Assembly (NCBI GenBank): GCA_017557885.1
Contig: JAFYXV010000008.1
Span: forward strand, 66,843-130,842
DNA length: 64,000 bases
Source of the DNA: a bacterium
Lineage (GTDB): Bacteria; Auribacterota; UBA3054
Reading direction: 5' to 3'
The translations under genes and the position numbers were made by a program. Of the stretch, positions 37,100-46,286 are shown piece after piece (the stretch's first letter is position 1; each line of letters begins with the position of its first letter). Below the pieces are notes generated by a model, which was not told the origin of the DNA, did not search any database, and was given only the letters and a program-made list of their open reading frames with translations.

Positions 37100-38686
37100 A
37101 TGGCAGAGAAAAAAGAACACTGGGGATCCTCTTTCGGATTCATAATGGCCATGGCCGGTTCCGCCGTGGGACTTGGCAATATCTGGCGCTTTTCCTTCAT
37201 AACGGGCCAGAACGGCGGCAGCGCTTTTTTGATCGTTTACCTTGCCTGCGTGATCTTCGTAGGCATTCCCATCATGCTCTGCGAACTGACCATGGGCAGG
37301 GCTTCCCAATCGAACCCTGTCAGGACCTTCCACAAGCTTGGCGCGGAAAAATCGAAACTGTCCTACGGATTAGGCGTCATAGCGCTTCTGATGGCCGTGG
37401 GTTTCCTGAGTTTCGGGCATTTCTTCTACGCCGCGCTGCTTTCCATTGTCGGCGTATCTTTCATCTACTTCGGCTGGGTGACGCTGGGCGTCATCTACGG
37501 CGCCGTCACTCCCCTTTTCATTCTGGCCTATTACGGCGTGGTGGGCGGCTGGACGCTCATTTACGTCTGGAAATCGCTTTTAGGGCAGCTTAACGTGCAG
37601 ACCGTAGAGGAAGCCTCCGCCATCATGACCCCCATCATTATGGCGCCCAAGGGCGCCTGGACGGCCCCGCTCCTGTCCACTCTGCTCTTCGTTCTCGCCA
37701 CCGCCGCCATCATCTGGGTTGGCGTGCAGAAAGGCATCGAGCGCTTCTCGAAGATCTTCATGCCCGTTTTGTTTCTTCTTCTCATCGTGCTAATTTTCCG
37801 CGGGCTGACGCTTCCCAACGCTTCCAAGGGCTTGAAATTCCTTTTCGTGCCTGATTTTTCACAGCTTTCCGGAAGCTCGGTTTTGGCCGCTTTGGGACAC
37901 GCCTTCTATTCCCTTTCCCTGGGCATGGGCATTACCATCACCTACGGCGCCTACCTAAAATCTGACAACAATATTCCAAGATCCACCGTCACGGTCGCCA
38001 TGCTCGACACTCTTGTTTCCGTCATGGCAGGATTGGCGATCTTCCCGGTGGTCTTCGCCATGGGCTTCGCTCCTGACAGCGGGCCGTCTCTCATTTTCAA
38101 AGTCCTGCCGCTGGCTTTCCAGAAACTGCCGCTTTCCGCCCTCTGGAACGTCATCTTCTTCGTCGCGGTCCTTATCGCCGCTCTGACCAGCGCAGTGAGC
38201 CTCATGGAAGGCCCTGTCTGCCTCATGGTGGAAGAGCTGAAGTGGAAGCGCAGCAAAGTCCTTTTGATCCTTGTCCCCTGCCTTTGCGTCGTCTCCTCCG
38301 TGATCGCGCTCTCCGCCGGCGACTGGAGCAATTTCCCGCAGCTCGGAGAATTCATCCAGAAAACTTTCATGACCTCCAAGGGCAGCCTCTTCGACGCCTT
38401 CGACTGCGGCGCCTGCCAGTGGCTCATCCCCATCGCCTGCTTCCTGACGCTCCTTTACGCCAGCTGGGTCTGGGGGCCGCACTGCGCCGTAAAAGAAATG
38501 CGCACAGGCTCCACCGGCGCCATGGACACGAACCTCTGGCACCTTGTCTCCGGCGTCTATGATAAGAACGACACCGGCATTCCCTCTCCTCTGGCGCCCT
38601 GCGTGCTGTGGGCTTTCTTCGTGCGCTGGATCTCACCCATATTGGTCCTCCTGGCTTTCCTGGACGGACTGGGAGTTTTCAGGTGA
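37100..38686 (+). CDS. Sodium-dependent transporter, neurotransmitter:sodium symporter (NSS/SNF) family
   Basis: N-terminal GFIMAMAGSAVGLGNIWRFSFITGQNGGSAF signature; 12 TM. Confidence 0.85.
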   Translation: MAEKKEHWGSSFGFIMAMAGSAVGLGNIWRFSFITGQNGGSAFLIVYLACVIFVGIPIMLCELTMGRASQSNPVRTFHKLGAEKSKLSYGLGVIALLMAVGFLSFGHFFYAALLSIVGVSFIYFGWVTLGVIYGAVTPLFILAYYGVVGGWTLIYVWKSLLGQLNVQTVEEASAIMTPIIMAPKGAWTAPLLSTLLFVLATAAIIWVGVQKGIERFSKIFMPVLFLLLIVLIFRGLTLPNASKGLKFLFVPDFSQLSGSSVLAALGHAFYSLSLGMGITITYGAYLKSDNNIPRSTVTVAMLDTLVSVMAGLAIFPVVFAMGFAPDSGPSLIFKVLPLAFQKLPLSALWNVIFFVAVLIAALTSAVSLMEGPVCLMVEELKWKRSKVLLILVPCLCVVSSVIALSAGDWSNFPQLGEFIQKTFMTSKGSLFDAFDCGACQWLIPIACFLTLLYASWVWGPHCAVKEMRTGSTGAMDTNLWHLVSGVYDKNDTGIPSPLAPCVLWAFFVRWISPILVLLAFLDGLGVFR

Positions 38687-40197
38687 GTCCTAACAGGGAA
38701 TTCTGGTCTTCCTCCAAAGGTTTCGTTCTCGCCATGGCGGGCTCCGCCATCGGGCTTGGAAACATTTGGCGCTTTTCCTACATCATGGGGAAGTACGGCG
38801 GCGCCGCTTTCATACTTGTCTATCTCGCCGCCATATTCCTTATCGGCCTGCCAATCATGCTTTGCGAGCTTAGTTTGGGCCGCGCCTCCGGGAAAGGGCC
38901 TCTGGAAGCCATGACGAATTTGGCTCCCAAAAGAACGACGCTTTCGTTTCTGACAGCCGTTGCGCTTACACTTGGCGCGGCGGCTTTTGCTTTCAAAGGC
39001 ATGTATTTTCACGCCGGCGTCGCGGGATTCTTCGCTTTGGGCGCATTTGCTTTCGGCTGGGGATTTTTGGGCTTCACGGTGACGTTCCTCACTCCTCTTA
39101 TGATCGCGGTCTTCTATTCCGTGGTGGGAGGCTGGATCATCATTTACACCATCATATCCCCCGTAGGAAAGATCTTCCGCGAACCGGCAGCCGCCTCTCA
39201 CCTTCTTGACAACGTCGTCACGGCCTCAGGCAATCAATATTGGGTGACCATAGCGGCGGCCGCCGCCTTCTTCCTCGCCACCGCCTTTATCGTCATGGCC
39301 GGCGTGCAGAAAGGCATCGAGCGCTTCTCCAGGATCTTCATGCCGATCATTTTCATCCTGATCGTCGTGATAATCATAAGAGCGCTGATGCTTCCCGGCG
39401 CCAAGGAAGGCTTGCGCTTTCTCTTTTTGCCGGACTTTAGCAAAATGAGCGCCGAGGGCATTATGGCCGCTTTGGGCCAGGCCTTCTTCACGCTCTCTTT
39501 GGGAGCAGGCGTAGGCATCGCCTACGGCTCCTACCTTGGAAAGAGCAGTTCGCTGCCCAAGACCGCGATCACCATCGTCATAATGGACACCATCGCCTCC
39601 ATACTGGCGGGGCTTGCCATCTTCCCTCTGCTTTTCGCCACCGGCCTCTCACCGCAGGAAGGGACCTCTTTGGTCTTCAAAGTCCTGCCCGCCGCCTTCG
39701 GTAAACTTCCCCTGTCCCCGCTTTGGGGAACCATATTCTTTTTCACGCTGCTCCTTGCCGCGCTCACAAGCTCCATCAGTATGCTGGAGGGCGCCGTTCA
39801 GGGGCTCATGCAGAAACTGTATCTTTCCCGCGGGAAAGCCGTTCTTCTTCTCATCATGGTGCTTGGGCCGCTGGTTCCCCTGACCGCCGTCTCTTCGGCC
39901 AGTTTCGCGAACGTCCCGAAACTCGGTAAGTTTTTCAGCGAGACTTTGCAGCTGCGCTCCGGTTCCTTCTTCGCGATCCTTGACAACACCACCTGCCTCT
40001 GGCTCATGCCCATCGCCGGATTGATGACGCTGCTGTTCGTCAGTTATGTCTGGGGTAAGAAAAAGGCCCTGGAAGAAATGAACTGCTTCAACGCTTTCGA
40101 CTGGCTCTTTTCCAACATCTGGTTCTTCGTAGTCCGCTATATCTCCCCCGTTCTGGTCATTCTGGCCTTCCTGAAAGGCCTTGGCATATTCTTTTAA
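38683..40197 (+). CDS. Sodium-dependent transporter, NSS/SNF family (tandem paralog)
   Basis: GTG start overlapping the upstream stop (GTGA) chosen because the N-terminus SPNREFWSSSKGFVLAMAGSAIGLGNIWRFSYIMGKYGG aligns with the paralog start; the track ORF ATG at 38608 would overlap the upstream gene by 79 nt. Confidence 0.8.
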   Translation: MSPNREFWSSSKGFVLAMAGSAIGLGNIWRFSYIMGKYGGAAFILVYLAAIFLIGLPIMLCELSLGRASGKGPLEAMTNLAPKRTTLSFLTAVALTLGAAAFAFKGMYFHAGVAGFFALGAFAFGWGFLGFTVTFLTPLMIAVFYSVVGGWIIIYTIISPVGKIFREPAAASHLLDNVVTASGNQYWVTIAAAAAFFLATAFIVMAGVQKGIERFSRIFMPIIFILIVVIIIRALMLPGAKEGLRFLFLPDFSKMSAEGIMAALGQAFFTLSLGAGVGIAYGSYLGKSSSLPKTAITIVIMDTIASILAGLAIFPLLFATGLSPQEGTSLVFKVLPAAFGKLPLSPLWGTIFFFTLLLAALTSSISMLEGAVQGLMQKLYLSRGKAVLLLIMVLGPLVPLTAVSSASFANVPKLGKFFSETLQLRSGSFFAILDNTTCLWLMPIAGLMTLLFVSYVWGKKKALEEMNCFNAFDWLFSNIWFFVVRYISPVLVILAFLKGLGIFF

Positions 40198-40321
40198 ATA
40201 TCTGCTCGCAAATTATTTAATTTTCAATCCGTTCAATATAATTTCCTAGTAAATTGTTTACCTTTCAATTTTTCTTTTTTTATGTTATGATATAAGCGTC
40301 AACAAAATCGAGGAGGCTTTT

Positions 40322-41644
40322 ATGCAGAACGAACAATCTCAAGATCAAAAAGGCAGGACCCCCGTCGTCGCCAAAGTTATCCTTTTGTTCGGCATACTCG
40401 TCGTGGGATTGGGTTTTGTATATTTTCTCTCCGACGTGTGGAGAGAGCTCTTTGAGAAAAAAAGTTTCTTTGTCGCCTGCAGCGTGATCTTTTATGCCGC
40501 CGGCGGTTTTCTGCATTATAAGAACAGGTCGAAAATTCTGAGGGAGATCTTCTACCTGATCGCCGCAGGCTTTACCGTCTCGGGCTTCTGGCTGTTTTTT
40601 CCGGAGCTGAAATATATGCCGGAGGAATACAAAGCCTTCTACGCCCTGGTCTTCATTTTCGCCCTGGGCTTTTTGCTGGATTCCCTCTCCCACTATCTTT
40701 TTGCCGCAGCGATCTACGTGTACGCGTATTTTTACGCTGCTGACGAAGCCCGGAACATCCAGAGCGTTTTTTGCGTCGCAAGTTTCTTCGCCATGAACCT
40801 GGTTTTCCTGGGCGCTTTCCTCTGGCGCCGCAGGGTCTCCCTGCTGCTGCTTTTTCTGATCGCTCTGTTTTCGAACAATTTTTATTTCTCCCCTTACCTT
40901 CCCGTAAAGTTGGTTTATCTGCCAATAGTAATCCTGACCTTCTGGGCGGTAGCCGCCTGGCCTTCCATAAGGAACGACAAAGCCGGTCTTGGCAAAGCGG
41001 CCATGATGCTTGCGGTGATCGTAACATCCTGCGTTTACGCCATGCTCTTAAGCGACGATTTCTGGCATGAGGGTTTTCAGTTCCTGGAGACAGATGATAT
41101 TTATGACAGCAATATCAAAAACGTCATAAGCTGCTTTTTCTTCGGTGCGGAAACGGTGTTTGTCCTGGTCGCTTATCTGAAATTTTATCTTGACCGCCCG
41201 GAAAAGCAGGAGCTTTTCTTCTATTCCTCCGGCATTCTTTTCGCCCTGCTTCCCTTCGTCTTTTATCCCTTCTGCCGTCTGCATGTGTCTTACAGGGTCG
41301 AGGGCTGCAGCGAACCGGTGCATGAAATATGGAACAATTGCAATAAAGTCGCGAAAGTTTTCTTCAACGTCTTCTGCGCGGCGATGGCTTACTTCATTTT
41401 CATAGGCTTCAGATTGAAGAGCCTGTCCATGAAGATCTTCGTCATTCCCTTCGCCATCGTCACAGGCGTTGCGCATATCTGCTTCACCTACTGGGGCCGC
41501 CACACTCCCGACGGCTTGTGGCTTATCTACGCCGGGCTGGTCATAGTTTACTCGGTGGGATGTTATTTCTTTTGCAGGAAATTGGAAAGCCGTGAAAAAA
41601 CTCCCGCTGCTGACGCTGACAGTAATAAAACAGACATGGCGTAA
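40322..41644 (+). CDS. Polytopic membrane protein of unknown function (paralog A; possibly DUF2157-like)
   Basis: GAGGAGG RBS; at least 10 TM helices; N-terminal region similar to the next gene. Confidence 0.55.
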   Translation: MQNEQSQDQKGRTPVVAKVILLFGILVVGLGFVYFLSDVWRELFEKKSFFVACSVIFYAAGGFLHYKNRSKILREIFYLIAAGFTVSGFWLFFPELKYMPEEYKAFYALVFIFALGFLLDSLSHYLFAAAIYVYAYFYAADEARNIQSVFCVASFFAMNLVFLGAFLWRRRVSLLLLFLIALFSNNFYFSPYLPVKLVYLPIVILTFWAVAAWPSIRNDKAGLGKAAMMLAVIVTSCVYAMLLSDDFWHEGFQFLETDDIYDSNIKNVISCFFFGAETVFVLVAYLKFYLDRPEKQELFFYSSGILFALLPFVFYPFCRLHVSYRVEGCSEPVHEIWNNCNKVAKVFFNVFCAAMAYFIFIGFRLKSLSMKIFVIPFAIVTGVAHICFTYWGRHTPDGLWLIYAGLVIVYSVGCYFFCRKLESREKTPAADADSNKTDMA

Positions 41645-41673
41645 TTATTTTCTTTAATCATCTTTTCAAGGAG

Positions 41674-43020
41674 GTGTGTATGGAAAATTTTGAGAAAAAC
41701 AAGGTCAAAGAGATCGATGCGAAAAGAGACACCGTAAAATTCATTGCGGTCCTCGGCTGCGTTGCCATGGGGATCGGTTTAATGCTTCTTCTCGCCAACT
41801 ATTGGCAGAGCATTCTCTCCTCCAAGTGGTTCCTTTTGTGCTGCGGCATTGCTTTGCACGGATTGGCGCTTGCGCCATCCACAAAAAAGATCTTCAAGGC
41901 TTTTCCGGAAATCCTGGCCGCCATGGGCACGACGCTCATTGGTTTCGCGCTCTGGCACCTGCTGCCTTCGCTTTGGGATGACGACACGAAAATTGGCTGC
42001 ATCCTTGTTTTTTCACTGATCGTTGGCTTCATCAGGAATTACAAACTGCATGACGTCCTCAGCTATGCGCTTGTCATGGCGCTATTCATAAAGGGGCTGA
42101 TTGGCGACAATTTCCACACAAGCTTTTATTACTTGGGAATCTTTCTGGTCATGGGCGTTTTTTCCATTAACGCTTACCTAAGGAAAAGCGTCGTATCTTT
42201 CGCCGCGGCCCTCGCCACGCTCGGCATGGCTCAGTTCATCTTCGGGAACATCCTCCCCTTCCGGCCGCTTCAGCTTTCCCTGAACGCGCTGGTCTTCTGG
42301 GGCCTGGCCTGTTCTCCGCAGATCAGGGAATTCAACGAGAAATTCTCCAAGACCGCTTACGTGATCGCTTTTCTGGAAACGTCTGTGGTTCTCTACATCC
42401 TTGCTTTCGAGGATACCTGGGAACTCGACTGGTTCAACAATCACCTGAGCCTGGCCGTCTTCAAGAAAAACATCCCCTACTCGGTCTTCACCTCTATCTT
42501 CTATATTCTGGAGCTGGCGGTCACCGCGTACGCTTTCATATTCTTCTGGAAAACCGGTCCCAAGGCCAGGGCGAAGATCACCTTCCTTATTCCCTTGACG
42601 ATAACGGTCATTTTCCTTCTTTGCAATATAGGAACGGGCACGAAAGTCGGCGACGCCTTGTATCTCCTGCCCGAGTCTTTCTACTCCAATCTCTTTTTCC
42701 TGATCTGGTTCGTTTACCTCTTCTTCAACGTCTGGGTAAGCTTCAAAGAAAGCCGCCTGCTCTTGAGAGTATTCGGGCTCGTCTTCATAGTGATCGGCGG
42801 CATAGCGAGGATAATCGTCGAGAATTCCCTGGAGGAGATCACCACCGCATTCTGTTTCATCTACGCCGGAATGGTCCTCCTCTTCACGGCCTACTGCGCT
42901 TTCAAAGTCGTCTCTGACGAAGAGGAGAAGCTGGCGGAGGAAGAAGAGAAAAAGTACGCCGAAAACTTCAAGTTCAACTCCGCCCTGAACGAGGGCGGCG
43001 CGCATGACGAAGTTCAGTGA
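41674..43020 (+). CDS. Polytopic membrane protein of unknown function (paralog B)
   Basis: AAGGAGG RBS; multi-TM; acidic C-terminal tail EEEKLAEEEEKKYAE. Confidence 0.55.
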   Translation: MCMENFEKNKVKEIDAKRDTVKFIAVLGCVAMGIGLMLLLANYWQSILSSKWFLLCCGIALHGLALAPSTKKIFKAFPEILAAMGTTLIGFALWHLLPSLWDDDTKIGCILVFSLIVGFIRNYKLHDVLSYALVMALFIKGLIGDNFHTSFYYLGIFLVMGVFSINAYLRKSVVSFAAALATLGMAQFIFGNILPFRPLQLSLNALVFWGLACSPQIREFNEKFSKTAYVIAFLETSVVLYILAFEDTWELDWFNNHLSLAVFKKNIPYSVFTSIFYILELAVTAYAFIFFWKTGPKARAKITFLIPLTITVIFLLCNIGTGTKVGDALYLLPESFYSNLFFLIWFVYLFFNVWVSFKESRLLLRVFGLVFIVIGGIARIIVENSLEEITTAFCFIYAGMVLLFTAYCAFKVVSDEEEKLAEEEEKKYAENFKFNSALNEGGAHDEVQ

Positions 43021-43028
43021 GACCTAAG

Positions 43029-43078
43029 GCGCAAAAATAAAAAAGCCCTCCTTGCGGAGGGCTTTTTTATTTTTGCGC
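43029..43078. terminator. Bidirectional rho-independent terminator (50-nt near-perfect palindrome)
   Basis: GCGCAAAAATAAAAAAGCCCTCC-ttgc-GGAGGGCTTTTTTATTTTTGCGC between convergent genes. Confidence 0.7.
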
Positions 43079-43090
43079 ACAAAACGTCTT

Positions 43091-43441
43091 TTACGCTTCT
43101 TTGGCGACTTTCACGAGCTCGGCGAAAGCCTTGGGCTCGGTGGCGGCCAGGTTGGCGAGAACCTTGCGGTTCAGCGTCACGCCGGCTTTGGCGAGACCGG
43201 ATATAAAAGCGTTGTAAGAAATGCCGGCTTCGTTGGCGGCGATGTGGATGCGGGTGATCCACAGGGCGCGGAAGCTGCGCTTTTTGTTGCGGCGATCGCG
43301 ATACTGGTAAACCAGACCGCGGACCACGGTTTCCTGCATGTTGCGGTTACCGTTGCGGCGCAGACCGAAGAAACCCTTGGCGAGTTTCTGCATTTTGCGT
43401 TTGCGTTCCCTGCTGGCGGGACTATTAGTGGCTCTTGGCAT
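43091..43441 (-). CDS. rplT: 50S ribosomal protein L20
   Basis: ...RKRKMQKLAKGFFGLRRNGNRNMQETVVRGLVYQYRDRRNKKRSFRALWITRIHIAANEAGISYNAFISGL. Confidence 0.95.
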   Translation of the reverse strand: MPRATNSPASRERKRKMQKLAKGFFGLRRNGNRNMQETVVRGLVYQYRDRRNKKRSFRALWITRIHIAANEAGISYNAFISGLAKAGVTLNRKVLANLAATEPKAFAELVKVAKEA

Positions 43442-43482
43442 AAGTAGATTCTCCTATGATTAGTTATTACCGCAGGTGGCCC

Positions 43483-43680
43483 TTAACCGTACGGCAGCAT
43501 TTCTTTGACATTGCGGGCATCGGTGGTGCCGCAAATGGACGTGTCACGGAAAGAACGTTTGTTCTTTCTGGTCTTGCCCGTCATCAGGTGGCGGGACTTG
43601 GTGTTTGTGCGTTTCACTTTGCCGCTCTTGGTGACGGAAAAGCGCTTGCTCACAGACTTTTTGGTTTTGACTTTTGGCAT
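43483..43680 (-). CDS. rpmI: 50S ribosomal protein L35
   Basis: MPKVKTKKSVSKRFSVTKSGKVKRTNTKSRHLMTGKTRKNKR. Confidence 0.95.
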   Translation of the reverse strand: MPKVKTKKSVSKRFSVTKSGKVKRTNTKSRHLMTGKTRKNKRSFRDTSICGTTDARNVKEMLPYG

Positions 43681-43760
43681 AATTGCTCCTGTCTTTTTTT
43701 GTTTTTAGTTGATTGAAGGCGCGCATCGAGGAGGAGTCTGTAATCCCGCGCGACGCTAGT

Positions 43761-44306
43761 TTATTGTTCCTTGGGCTTCTTGGTCTTCAGCGGCCCAAAG
43801 ACAATAGTGTAATTCGCGCCCGTTTTCTTGACGGGTATCTCTACCGCGCCAAAATCCTTTATTTCAGCGGTCAGACGTTCCAGCAGTTCCTGGCCCATTT
43901 CCTGGTGAGCCGCTTCGCGGCCCTTGTGGAAACAGACCACTCTCACATGGTAGCCGTCCGCCAAAAATTCCAATATGTGTTTGCGTTTGATCTCAAGATC
44001 GCCGCTGTCGATGCCTGGCCTGAATTTGATCTCCTTGGTGCGGGTCTTCTGGCCCTGCTTGCGGGAATCTTTTTCGCGGCGAGTCTGCTCGTAGCGGTAC
44101 TTGCTGTAGTCGATGATGCGGCAGACCGGAGGCTGGGCGCCGGGCGCCACTTCCACGAGATCCAGATTGCGCTTTTCAGCTTCTTCCAGAGCCTGCTGGC
44201 GGGTGACGATGCCCAACTGTTTGCCGTCATCGGTTATAAGACGCACCTCGGGGGCTTTGATGTCCTCGTTTACCCTGGTGCTGTCAGTTTGATTGTACTT
44301 GCGGAT
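43761..44306 (-). CDS. infC: Translation initiation factor IF-3, probably initiating at a non-AUG codon
   Basis: Track ORF starts at GTG 44246, but the frame is open upstream to 44336 and encodes conserved IF-3 N-terminal residues (TRVNEDIKAPEVRLITDDGKQLGIV); candidate starts ATC (44306, preceded by GAGGGT) or ATA (44330). Confidence 0.85.
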   Translation of the reverse strand: MRKYNQTDSTRVNEDIKAPEVRLITDDGKQLGIVTRQQALEEAEKRNLDLVEVAPGAQPPVCRIIDYSKYRYEQTRREKDSRKQGQKTRTKEIKFRPGIDSGDLEIKRKHILEFLADGYHVRVVCFHKGREAAHQEMGQELLERLTAEIKDFGAVEIPVKKTGANYTIVFGPLKTKKPKEQ

Positions 44307-44326
44307 AGTTTTACCCTCGCTTTTGG

Positions 44327-46105
44327 TTATTCTTCTTTATCCCATTCGCTCTTCGGGGCGTGGGTGTCGCGCTCCTTGCAGAGAGAGTTGATCAGAGTTT
44401 CAAGGGGCAGCGCGTTCGCCTGGGAGCCCTGGCGGGTCCTCAGCGAGACAGTCTTCTCGCTGGCTTCCTTGTCGCCCAGAACGAGCGTGTAGGGAACCTT
44501 GTCGAGTTTGCCCTGGCGGACCTTGGCGCCCATGGGGCGGTGAGTCTCGTCCACGGTCGCTCTAAGCCCGCGTTCCTGAAGAGCCGCGAGCACTTCCTTG
44601 GCGTAGTCGAGATGCGCGTCCTTGATGGGCACGATCCTGACCTGCTCCGGAGCGAGCCACAGGGGGAAGTTGCCGCCGCAGTTCTCCAGATAGACCGCGA
44701 AGAAGCGCTCTATGGCGCCCAAAAGCGCCCTGTGGATCATGTACGGCACATGTTCCTGCCCGTCTTCGCCGACATAGGTCATATTGAAGCGCTCAGGCAG
44801 GTTGAAGTCGAACTGGATGGTGGAGCACTGCCACTCGCGGCGCAGCATATCCTTGATCTTGATGTCGATCTTGGGGCCGTAGAAAGCGCCGCCGCCTTTG
44901 TCGATGTCGTACTTCAGGCCGAGCTTGGCCACGATCTTCTCCAGGGCGCTCTGAGCGGCGTTCCAGCGGCTCTCCTCGCCCACGCACTTGCCTTCCGGCC
45001 TGGTGGAGATATAGACGTGGTATTCGGTGAAACCGAAGTTGTGCAGCATCTGGAGGCAGAACCTGAGCGTTCTCTCCAATTCCTCTTCCATCTGATCTTC
45101 GCGGCAGAAGATGTGCGCGTCGTCCTGCGTAAATCCTCTCACTCTCAGAAGACCGTGCAAGACGCCGCTTCTTTCGAAACGATAGACCGTGCCGAGTTCC
45201 GCCATGCGCATGGGCAGATTGCGGTAAGAGCGGGTCTTGTTTTTGTAGATCAAAATATGGAAGGGGCAGTTCATGGGCTTCACGAAATATTCCTGAGTCT
45301 GGTCGTTGTCCAGGGGAACATCCATGGAGGGGAACATATTTTCGCGATAGAAGGAAAGGTGTCCGCTGGTCTCCCACAGGGTGGATTTTCCCACGTGCGG
45401 CGAATAGACCAGATCGTAGCCGTTCTTAAGATGCTCGTTGCGCCAGAAGTTTTCGATCTCGTTCCGGATGACGGCGCCGCGGGGATGCCAGACCATAAGG
45501 CCCGGGCCCAGCTCTTCGTGGAAGCTGCCGAGATCCATGTCCTTCAGAAGGACACGGTGGTCTCTTCTCTTGGCTTCCTCAAGATAATTCAGATATTCGT
45601 CAAGCTGAGCCTGTGTCGGAAAAGCCACGCCGTAAATGCGCTGAAGCATCGGGCGATGCTCATCGCCGCGCCAGTAGGCACCCGCAACGCTAAGGAGCTT
45701 AACGGCCTTCACGGGGCCAGTCGATTCAAGATGCGGTCCGCGGCAGAGGTCTAAGAATTCGCCCTGCTTGTAAACGGAAACTTCCTTAGCATCCAGATCT
45801 TCTATGATCTCGACCTTGTAGGTCTGGTCTTTTTCCTTGAAATATTCCAGGGCCTTTTCCCTGGGCCACTCTTCGCGCTCCAGCTTATAATCAGCCTCGG
45901 CGATCTTCTTCATTTCCTCTTCGATCTTGACTAAGTCTTCGGGAGAGAAAGGCGTCACGGTGTCGAAATCATAGTAAAAACCTTCCTCTATAGCCGGGCC
46001 GATGGCCAGCTTAACATCAGGATAAAGGCGCAGGACCGCCTGAGCCAGACAGTGGCTCGCGGTGTGCCAGAAAGTTTCACGATATTTCGGATCTTCGAAG
46101 TTCAT
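44327..46105 (-). CDS. thrS: Threonine--tRNA ligase (short form lacking the N-terminal TGS domain)
   Basis: Editing-domain HxxxH (FWHTASHCLAQAV), class II catalytic core and anticodon-binding domain; 592 aa. Confidence 0.95.
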   Translation of the reverse strand: MNFEDPKYRETFWHTASHCLAQAVLRLYPDVKLAIGPAIEEGFYYDFDTVTPFSPEDLVKIEEEMKKIAEADYKLEREEWPREKALEYFKEKDQTYKVEIIEDLDAKEVSVYKQGEFLDLCRGPHLESTGPVKAVKLLSVAGAYWRGDEHRPMLQRIYGVAFPTQAQLDEYLNYLEEAKRRDHRVLLKDMDLGSFHEELGPGLMVWHPRGAVIRNEIENFWRNEHLKNGYDLVYSPHVGKSTLWETSGHLSFYRENMFPSMDVPLDNDQTQEYFVKPMNCPFHILIYKNKTRSYRNLPMRMAELGTVYRFERSGVLHGLLRVRGFTQDDAHIFCREDQMEEELERTLRFCLQMLHNFGFTEYHVYISTRPEGKCVGEESRWNAAQSALEKIVAKLGLKYDIDKGGGAFYGPKIDIKIKDMLRREWQCSTIQFDFNLPERFNMTYVGEDGQEHVPYMIHRALLGAIERFFAVYLENCGGNFPLWLAPEQVRIVPIKDAHLDYAKEVLAALQERGLRATVDETHRPMGAKVRQGKLDKVPYTLVLGDKEASEKTVSLRTRQGSQANALPLETLINSLCKERDTHAPKSEWDKEE

Positions 46106-46233
46106 GTGACGACCTTTTTATAGTTGCTCGAAAGAGAGTTATATTTTTTTATGTTAGGAATAGATATTTTACGATAAGAGGCTTTCAAAGTCAATAAGCC
46201 TCTCCTCCTTGCCGGGATACCCCGCAAGCATGA

Positions 46234-46265
46234 AAAAAGGAGGGGCCTCACCGGCCCCTCCTTTC
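46234..46265 (-). terminator. Rho-independent terminator for the 46287..47609 gene
   Basis: AAAGGAGGGGCC-tcacc-GGCCCCTCCTTT 12-bp stem; minus strand followed by T6. Confidence 0.6.
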
Positions 46266-46286
46266 AAAGTTCAATTCTACGGACTG

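Noticed and set aside
38608-38682. ATG start of the second NSS transporter 79 nt inside the first
   Set aside because: N-terminal alignment with the paralog supports the GTG at 38683 overlapping the upstream stop.
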